From: Tubulanus polymorphus
Taxonomy: Eukaryota > Animalia > Nemertea
Direction: 5' to 3'
DNA: 64,000 nucleotides
NCBI RefSeq assembly: GCF_964204645.1
Contig: NC_134029.1
Coordinates: forward strand, 2,542,001 to 2,606,000
A model generated the notes under the pieces. That model saw only the letters and a list, made by a program, of their open reading frames with translations, did no database searches and had not been told where the DNA came from. Made by a program: the position numbers and the translations under genes. Positions within the stretch are counted from its first letter, which is position 1; each line of letters opens with the position of its first letter. Shown one piece after another: positions 41,701 through 52,700 of this stretch.

Positions 41701-42035
41701 GCTTGAATATTCCATTCACGATGAGAATTCAACGGTCGTATCAACTCTGTTCTCCGTGGAAGATTTTACGGGAATCATTCGAGTTCAGAGTTACCTCAAT
41801 CAATCGGGTAAAAACAACCACAGTTTGACACTGATTCACAGTCCAGTTGCACGGTCATGACTGGACTGATGGGTTATAGAAAACATAATCATATAGAAAA
41901 CATAATCAACTCAAGACCAGTCTAAGCTCATTTTGGTTTTATGACTAATCTAACAACTTAAGACCAGTCTAAGCGCATTTTGGTTCTGATGTAATATCTA
42001 AGCCTTGGCTGTGCAACTGAGTCCAGATGAAGATA

Positions 42036-42073
<38 letters not shown>

Positions 42074-45000
42074 GATCTTGAAACAACTTCATTTTTACTC
42101 TGAAATTAATTGTTATCTATTTCAGAAGGAAAAACTTTCCATTTTTTCATACGAGTTTCCGATAAAGGAAGTCCTAAACTTGAAAACGTCGTCCCCGTTG
42201 AAATCTACGTGATCCCGCGCAACATTTCACCGCCGTTCTTCGAGCAGAGTTCGTACATCTATTTCATTCCGGAGAACACGGCGGTCGGCAGCGTCGTCAC
42301 GACGATCAGATCTATATCATCGAACGCTACGGTAACGTACAGCATCGTCGCCGGCAGCAACGCGATGACGAATAAACCGCCGAGATTCGATATCAATCAA
42401 CGCGGGAAGGTTTCGCTGATCGAACCGATCGATTACGAGGACGTACAGAAATACACGCTGACCTTGAAGGTAACGCAGAATACTTTACCCCCGCTAGTCG
42501 ATTATACGCTCTTAACGATTGAAGTGATGGATTTGAACGATAACACGCCCGAGTTCGAATCTAATCCGTATAAAGCTTCGTTAGTTGAGAATTCGATCGT
42601 CGGTAAACAGGTCGTACAGGTTCGAGCTCACGATTTAGATTCCGGTGATAATTCGCGTATAACGTATCAGTTTGTTGAGAGTAGTTCGAACGTAGCGAAT
42701 GTATTCGCGATCGATCCCGAAACCGGATGGATCGTTACGTTAGTCGAGGTCGATAGAGAACGAATGGAGAAATTCGAGTTTCAGGTTCGCGCCGTCGACG
42801 CCGGTTCATCTCGCAGAACCGGTCTAACGACCGTTCGGATCGACGTCATGGATCTGAACGACGAGCCTCCCGTGTTCCGCGTTCAGAAATACCGCGGAGC
42901 CGTCAACGAGGACGCGCTTCCCGGTACCGTCATCGTTACCGTAGCGACGACCGATCGCGACCTCGGGCAGAACGCGAAGGTCAGTTATTATATCTCGCGC
43001 GGCGACGCGCTCGGGCAGTTCGACGTGCGGCAGACGGGTGAAATATACGTGCGTAAAATACTGGATCGAGAACGGAAAGCGTCGTATGATCTGACGATCG
43101 TAGCTTCAGACGGAAGTTTCATTACTACGACACAAGTCATCATTTCAATCCTGGACGCCAATGATAACGATCCTGTCTGTTCACAGGTTAGTTACATCTT
43201 CCACACCTGATTACCGCTACTAGTTGAGATTTGAGACAAGTTGTGGAGGAGTTTTGTTTACCTGGTGACTCAGTACCGGTAATCATGAAGACAGTACTTT
43301 GAAGGTTAACTAGATTTTATCAAAAGTACGAAAGGTTTCTTATCCTCTATCTTTCGTACTTCAAATAAAGTCTAGTTAACCTTCGAAGTGATGTCTGCGT
43401 TGTCTTTTAGGGGCACGATTACTTCCAAAGTTATCAAAAATAATCTCAAAATCGGAATGATTTCTAGTTTATCATCAATGAAACCACAATTTTCAATGTA
43501 AAAATACTGTCATTTTTGCTGATAACTACTACAAAGGGAGACACAAAGGTAGTCGAGTTAATGTCTTCTATTCATCTCTAGTGATTGTTTATTTCTTAGT
43601 TCCTATAGATTAGAGGAACACAATCATTGATGATCTAAAATGAGATTAATCTGTAAATCTACACATTGTAGAATAGCCTGCACATATGTGAGATTAGAGA
43701 ATACATAAGAATTGATATTAAATCAAAACCCGCTGTTAAAAAAGATCGAAATCAAAATTTATTGATTAAATCCAGAATTAAAAGACGCGTTGTTTCGTAC
43801 TGTACGTAGAGACATTCAACGAGGAATGAATTTCATTTTCAAATTTGTACATAGCGGGTTTTGATACTTATGTTATGCATTCTTCATGTAGCGCGAAAAA
43901 GTACCGTAGATTAGAAAACTCTTCATTTTTCTTGCCGTCACCCTGACATATATTCCTATATTTCTATGTTATCAAAGATTCCCGATTGAATCGTGATTCT
44001 CCTATTCTACGTTTCAGTCGATGTATCAAGTGATTAAACCCGAGGATATTCCGGTCGGTTCATTCATCGCGAGCGTGCAGGCATCGGACCGCGATGAACC
44101 GGGAACTCGTCACAGTCGTATTCGATACAGCGTCACCGGCAAACAGAATGATCATTTCAACATGCACACGCACACGGGAATCCTCACCACGATGACAGCT
44201 CTCGATCGCGAGACTATCTCTGAATATCACCTGATCGTAAAAGCGGCAGACGGAGGCGGAAGATTTTGTACGGCCGATATTTTTATTTCGCTCAGCGACG
44301 TCAACGACAACGCGCCGAGATTCCTGAAGAATCAGTACACGGTCGCGGTCGCCGAGAACTCGCAGGTTAATACGTTACTGACGCGAGTTTCTGCGGAGGA
44401 CGCCGATATCGGGATCAATCGTAAAGTGAAATACAGCATCACGGGGAAAGATTCGCAGCATTTCGCGATTGATTCGCAGAGCGGAATTGTCAGCGTGCTC
44501 AGACAACTCGACAGAGAACAACAACCTAAATATAACCTCACTTTATTAGCTTATGATCAGGTACATATATTCTGTTCAGTGTATTGTTCAATTTTGAATC
44601 ATATGAAAAAATTTGTCAGTTTCAAAGTTTCAAAGCAGAGATATCAGAGAAATATCTTGTTATATATGAGTTCTCTGAATCCAGGTGGTTTCATGAAAAA
44701 ATTGAAACTTGTTTTCAGTGAGTAAGCTACGAGCCAAATCTTAACTCAGAACTGGAAGATCTTAGATCTTTGATCACGATATTTACACTGATTGCTGTTT
44801 TTGTAGGGTACCCCTCGACGAACCGGTAGCACTACCCTAGCAGTCGTTCTATTAGATGTTAATGATAATCCGCCGATGTTTGAATTGAGCACCTATGTAG
44901 AAACAGTCAGCGAAGGAACGGCTCCGGGTTTGAATATTCTAACCGTTCACGCGACCAGTAAAGATCTCGGTGAAAACGCTGATATATCATACAGCATCGC

Positions 45001-46732
45001 TGGAGGCAATGAACAGATGAAATTCGCAGTTGATGCAAAAACAGGTGATTATTCAAACTTTATGTGTGATATATCACTAACCTTTGATATATTATATATG
45101 ATTACACTTCAGCTATAAATATCACTGATGTTATTGATATTGTGTGTTCTAGGAGAGATATCAGTGATAGGAGATCTCGATTATGAAGTGAATAAGGAAT
45201 ATTTTTTGACGATAGAAGCTACGGATAAAGGCAGCCCTCCGCTGACTAACAGCGCGCGTATAAACATCAACATCTCCGACATCAACGACAATTCACCGAT
45301 ATTTACGCAGAAAATATACGAGATAAACGTGAAAGAAAACGTTAACATCGGAGAGAGAATAATCCAGGTTCGCGCTGACTTCATCTTATCTGATACAAGG
45401 TTGATTCGAAGTAGAAATTAAATTTGAATTGATCGTTTCAGGTGGAAGCGTCAGATGCTGACAGTCCATTGTATTCTAAAGTGACGTATCGGTTGAAGAA
45501 TAAAACTGTACCATTTTTAATCGATAGTGACACCGGTTATATCAGTTTATCTGCTACACTAAACAGAGAACAGGTAACCATCTATCCATTTCAGGATTCA
45601 GTTCCAGAGATAAAACATCGGAATTGAACTGATCTTAACTCAAAAAAGTCAAAATCATTTCATTACTGGGTGTTTATTTCTTGTTACACGGTTGCAACTG
45701 GGTGTTTCTAATGATTAATGTGTTGTTTGTATTTATAGATTGATAGTTATAAGATGACAGTAATAGCTGAGGATAGCGGTAAACCGGCTCTGATGACCGA
45801 GGCAACTGTATCAATTACTGTACTCGATGTTAATGATAATCCTCCAGTATTTCACATGGAGAACTACACCGCTATTGTACAGGTATGAATGGACCATTTT
45901 ACTAATTCATTTAATTCATTAAAATTCCAGTCATAACCCTTTTCATCAATGGCTTCAGTGTAGAGGATAATTACCCGAATTCTATACAACATGAAATATT
46001 CAAAGTATTTTAATATGGATTCCTTTCTGACTTGATAAGATGCTCTTGGTAAAAACTTCAAATTGAACTTATATTGAAATGTGATTCTTTTTCTACGTCT
46101 GTCTTTGTGATCCATTTGTCTCTTATAAATTGATTTGTCTCTTGTTTGTCCAAAATTTGTCTCTGTCATTTTGTCTTTATATCATACTATTGTTGATAAT
46201 TTCTTGCAAAGAACCCTTATTTTAAAAGGACCCTTCAATACGTATATTATATCGCGTGTTTTTGATCATGCTACAACCTCTTACCATTCCCTCCCTTTCA
46301 TACATTTATATATATTTATATATATCATATAGTGTTACATTTTCTATAAGTTATTTGCATATGAGGTTTGTTTTAAGACTGTTCTGGTGGGATACATAGC
46401 AAGAATCAAACTGCTTGAAGCTTTCTCCTTACCTTGAGATGAAAACTTGATTTTGTATTTGATCTATAGAATAGGGAAAGCTATAGCTTTTTTCGACAAC
46501 AATCTGTACACAGTTTGATTGCTATTCGGGATCCAGCTCCACACTTTGAGATAGAATTAGTTCATTTTCTCAGACCTGTCGAAACCAAGTCCAGATAACT
46601 ATGTACAGATTGTGAAGTTTTTAAAACGCGTTATTTTTTAAGTTATTTTGTATTATTCGAATTTTGAATTGACGATGAATCGAAAATTTGATTCACTATT
46701 ATTATTAACACTACCTATAATACGTAATAATA

Positions 46733-46767
<35 letters not shown>

Positions 46768-49700
46768 GCTGCATTGTGCTATAAAGGTGAATGACGCTGG
46801 TGAAAGCAGACGACCTATTTTCTTCGTAAGTGAAAGAATCGACCGTTTTAGCGTCGGTTATAACATCTAAAGCATGTTGTGTTTTTATTTCATTTTAGTT
46901 TATATTTATTTTATTACGAAGCTTTTAAATCGGAATTTTTTTCAATTATTCTATTCTACCTCCTCTTAACGCCTTACTACGCCTCTCGGTGATAGAACTG
47001 CCTCCTTCCTGCATATACCTCCAATCAAAATCCTGCAAATTCCTCTGGAAAGAAATTATGCATTTTTGAGCGATTTTACTAGTGATTCATGCATGAGGCA
47101 TGATAGTAGTATCTCATAGACACAGATCGTGCAGAAAATGAAAATGAATTTTAGTTAGAGAGTTCAGGTTACCACAAATCCATAAAAGCTAAAACAATAT
47201 GTCTGATTTTCTGATTAATATAAACAGTTAATTAACACGAATGTTTTGGGGAAAATATCCCCTCATCGGGTGAAATATATACGAATCCAATGAATGAAAA
47301 TACAGTTCTATTTCCCCGATGAGTCGATGATGATCTCAAAAACATTTGTCCTAGTAAACTGTTTACACTCATTAGGAGATAAAACTGATATTGCAATCGC
47401 TGAAATGGATTTTCAGAATGAATATATGTTTATATATGTGATGATGCTATGTTGCATGTAGTTATGTTCGAGTCGCTTCGCTTTCTGTCTTGTATTTCAC
47501 CACGTCAAGTTTTACTCAGTCGAGTTTCACGGCTTTAGTCTCGGACTCTGCTGCGCTCTCAGGATCACGTGTATATTTAGGTGTGGTAATAATATGCGAA
47601 ATAGTGAATGTTTTTCAGTACCGTACGTGTTTGTAATTATTGATATCTGAAACAGTTCATTTATACCCAGTACTCGTCCGTGATAGCAACTAAAACATTA
47701 ATACATCACTGTCGCATTTCAACTTTTCAAATTAATTCATGACTTCAGTTACAACAGGGGCTCGTGGCATTAGATAGAGGAAGTATCAGTTCATACATGT
47801 GACTAGTTGCCATTGTGTATAAATCATAAGACTATTCTTAGGTAGTTAGATTGGCTTAAGAAACCGGATGGGCTTAGACTGATCTTAAACCGAAGACTCA
47901 TCTGTGCAACTGTCTCTGTGACCAATCGCACAAAAGTTTTAATTGTCATTGATTACGGTTATGAACTGGTTAACTTGAACCCACATTTTGAGCAACTGCA
48001 GCCCTAAGGATTCTAGAGACCTCATCTATCTGACACTATGAGTTCCTGTGATCTTTACAAATTATTCACATTTTACAATAAAAAGTAATAAAAAATGACA
48101 AATAAAAATGAAAAATACTTCAACGATTAAAGACTGACACTTCATATGAATCAATCACACTGAGAAATTACAGAATTTTTACTGAGTGAAAAACTGAAAT
48201 ATTTTAAGTGTTGTAAGATTGATGTGATTGTAATTTTAGGAGCGTTCTGATGTCGGGACGAGTGTCGCCAAGTTGATTTTAACAGACGACGATCTACCGC
48301 CGAATGGTGAACCGTTCTCGTACGAGATCATCCGAGGAAATACCGACAATAAATTCCACATCACGCGTACGGGCGTGCTGACGACGACTGCTCGATTCGA
48401 ACGTAAACTCACCGCTAAATACTTGCTGGTAATCCGCGCGTTCGACAGCGGAACGCCTCCTCTTTACGCCGACGCTACGTTAGTCGTCAGAATCATCGAA
48501 GAGAGTTCGTTCCCTCCGTCTGTGAAACCTCTCAACCTCAGCGTTAACGCGTATTTGGGTAAATTCGCCGGTGGTCGAATCGGTCGCGTTGAAGCTCGTG
48601 ATCCGGATAAATACGACAAACTCGTTTACGGGCTGATCTCCGAGGAAAAACGCGATTTGTTCTCGATCGATGAAATCGAAGGCGTGATCTCGGCGGATAA
48701 AGGTCTCGACGCCGGTAATTATAGTTTGAACGTCAGCGTTTCCGACGGGAAGTTCACGGTTTATACGCACGTTAGAGTCGGAGTGAACGCGATCTCGGAA
48801 TCGATGGTCGATAACGCGGTCTCCGTCAGACTCGGCGACGTTTCTCCCGACGAATTCCTCTCGAAATACAGCCGCAAATTCAAACAATCTTTGACAGCGA
48901 TTCTCGGCGTCAGCGAAGTTTATATCATCAGTATTCAACCGCTATCGAAGCAGACGCGACACAGACGGAAAAGAGTCGTCGACGACGACATCGAAATACT
49001 CGTCGCCGCAAAAAAATCCAACGATAATTTCGTCAAGAAAAACACGCTGAAACGACGAATCAGTCAAAACTTGGACGAGATCGAAAAATCAGTCGGAATC
49101 AAGGTTAAAAAAGTAACGAGTACGGCTTGTAAAGAGGATTCGTGCATTGAAGGGAAATGTTTGAGTTTAATCGAGTTCAATGATGAAGATGTTTTCACTA
49201 TCATCACGAAGAACGACACTTTTTCTTCTCCCAGATATAAAGTGACGCAAACATGTGAATGCAAGGAACATTTCGGAGGTAAGAATATCGCCGAACTACT
49301 AAGGAAAGAGAGACCCACAAAAATTAAGTCTTGACTCAGTACTATAACATGTAAAGCATGTTGACTCACTATGAGCCGTTTTCAAAATTGAATTATTCCT
49401 AAATTAAAAATAGATTTGCGGCAATTTAAGCTACAAACAACTGCTTTTGTGCCGATGACATATTCATTATTATTTTCTATTTTGAACAGGAGAGAAATGT
49501 GATATCGCTCTGAACGACTGCTCGAAGAACCCGTGTAATAGTTACAAGACGTGTGTCGCCGATAAAGAGCACGGATATTTCTGCATTTGTCCCGAGGGGA
49601 AAACCGGTGAGAAATGTGATGGAAACGACTCGAAAGAGAATTGTGTAGAACCTGAATGTATCAAAAAACCAGGTAGATTGAATAACTTACCGGTCGCTAT

Positions 49701-52700
49701 TCTGTGCATGGTTAAATAGCTTAATTCTGTAGATTGAAGAGGCTGAAGTTAATGAGCTTTTTCTCACCGTAGAATGTAGGAGGGGAGGGTGTTTAGTCTG
49801 CTATTTACAGAGTTGAGAAATTGTCTAATCCATATTGTTCGTTTACTTTATTCATTTTATTAGAACCAACAGCAATGACATTCAGCGGTACTAGTTATAG
49901 TTTATGGGAATTATCTCAGGCGGTTGATACTCAACTACGCATTGATTTCTTCATACGTACAATACAGAAAAATGCTGTTATAATGTACGTGAATAACCAC
50001 ATGGACTGGATGACTCTAGAGGTAAGATTTATCTTGAAATAGTTATAATTCTTCGCCAAATGTATCTTCTCTTGGATCAAGTTACATAGTCATGGTTTGA
50101 CTCCAAAAGTGGTCGTAAGTAATAAGGCCTGTAGAACCTAGATACACATGAGACCGGTCATAAGTTGTTTGATCATAGTGGTTTTGGCCTGGTCTTAAGT
50201 TGTAGCGTTAGACGAAATTTGATTGGTCTTAAACTTGAGTCTCGACTCTCCATCTGGCCCCTGTAGATCTTTGTGTGATCGTCGTCATAACACTTGGTAG
50301 CTCCATCTATTGTTGAAGATGATAACTAATGCACACTGACTGGTTTATTCAGATGTACGACGGCGCTGTTCAGTATCGTTCGACGAGATTCAACATGTTC
50401 GGCGCGATGGGCGTGGCACGTGTCAATCAACTGGTAAACGACGGACAGTGGCATCGAATCACGTTAGAGAGCACAGAAAACATGGTCAAACTGATCATCG
50501 ATGAGAAATTCACGAGCCAGGCGGCAGCACCGGCCGACGGCGCGTTCATCGTTAAACTGGACGATTTTGAATTGTTTTTCGGCGCGGAAGTTGAAAGTTT
50601 AAGTTACCCGTATTCGGAGGTGAAGAAGGGTTTCGATGGATGTATGAAAGATATGTTTGTAAACGGGATACATTTACCGATACATGATGTACACGATGCA
50701 GCTAGACTGACAAAAATGGAGAATATAAATTTTGGTTGTGACGATAAAATATTCGATATAGGTAATGATTCTAAACAAGAATTAGCTATTGATTGCTGTA
50801 AGGTTAAGCATCTTATGAATTGCCCATTTTAACAGATGTTGTTTAAGTTATTATGATCAGGGTTCATGAAACTGGGCCCAGAAGATATCATCCACAAAAG
50901 ACCTTCTCGATCTTGATGAAAAAGAATCAAATACAGTACGCTCTATAATTTTATTCAGTTTTTAATATTCAGTGATATTTTATTTTTATAGCAGGTGTGT
51001 GTCGTAGTCAGCCGTGTAGAAATGGAGGAACCTGCATGCCACAGAGTCCTAATTCATTCCTGTGTATGTGTACTGTACGTTATCAGGGTACAAAATGTGA
51101 GGTGGATGCCATGCCCTGTACATCAAACCCTTGTCTAAACGGAGGTATGGTTCTTAACAACAACATAGCTTTAATATTCTAGAACTGGTCCCGTGGTTCT
51201 GGGTTGAAATTTGATTCAGGGGCCAGGTGCATAGTTGTGACTGGTCTTGCAAGCCAAGGCTATGCAACTGGCCCCTGGAGTGAATTCGAACTCACAACTT
51301 ACGGAACTGGGTCCTGAGTTCACAACTGTCAAATTGGAACCAGGTGATTGTAGTCTTCAGTCATTTACTGTGTATATTTTTTGTAGGTATTTGTGAGAAT
51401 CGTATGAATGATTATATCTGTAAATGTACCGTACCGTTTACTGGTAAGAACTGCGACTATGGATTCTTCTGTAAACCAAATCCTTGTCGTAATAACGGTA
51501 TCTGCATCGAAGGTCAAACCGGTCCACTCTGCAGGTGTAAAGGTCACAAAGGTCAGTGTCTATAGGGTCGTCGTTGAATTGTGCAGTGAAATTTGAGTTA
51601 TATAATATCCAGGACCAAGTTCTATGTTAGATTTATTTCATCTCAAGTCATTTGAACTATGGATATATCTGTTTGTAGGTATGTATTGCGAAGATGATAT
51701 AGATGAATGTCGAGATCACCCGTGTCTGAACGGTGGAACGTGTATTAATTTAGCCGGTTCATTCCGGTGTAACTGCACTCGTGAGACGAGCGGTAATCTG
51801 TGTCAGGATCGAACTCAAGCTTCATTCATCTCATTCGATTCGAATAAAGAGGAGATCATCGGAATTTCAGGTTTGTTGTTTTCTTCATACTTCGTAGCGT
51901 TTTGGAGTTAAGAAGAACTTTGGAATTTCAAAATTTTATTTCCCGGTTTGGAAATATTAGGGAATTCATTTTATACTTCGCAAAGCATCATAGAGTTGGC
52001 ATAATCGTCCAATGATTGATAAATAATGTGTTCTTTTCCAGTCGTCATCGCTGCGATCCTCATTATCGTCATCATCATAGTGGTCGTCGTTCGTAGATAT
52101 CGCAAAAAGAATCGCGATCGTTTGATCAACAATTCGTGCGGCGGTCGCGGCAACTTGCTCAACATGAAAACTAAAGAGGAGTTGAAACGCGCGGAGAAAC
52201 TGAGTAACCTTGACGCAGCGACGACAGTCAACAATCCAGCGATGCATAACATCCCGCCAAGTCCTCACATGCCGCAGATCCCTGCGAGGCCGCTGTCGTA
52301 TGCTCCAGGCGGGGCTAATGAACCGATGAATCCACTCAATAACTTCGACATGATTCGTAACTACGGCAGTGCGGCAGACGAACTTGAAAACATCAACAGC
52401 GCCATCTATACGCCAGAGTTCTTACAAAACCTGCAGAAGAACAGCAACGTGGCACCGTCTCAACATCACGGTTACCATGGCGATGATACAAGTTCGATCC
52501 GTAAACCTTCTTGGGACAACGAATATCAGAATATTGTTGATAATCTAGACAGTAAGTTATTGATTTGTTCGATATTTTTTAGGAAATTGATACTTTACCG
52601 ATGCGGCATTATTCGTGTAAACGCTATTTTGCTGATATACTAATAGAAATAACAATGAAATCATTTGGCCTGCATAGGGTTAGGGTTTCGATAAGGTTAG

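Noticed and set aside
42027-42212. Poly-Asn ORF
   Set aside because: Product of the (TAA)n microsatellite, out of frame with exon 16.
46996-47082. Acceptor after a pyrimidine tract reading NCLLPAY...FY-stop
   Set aside because: No convincing donor or adjacent poly(A) signal; too weak to call.
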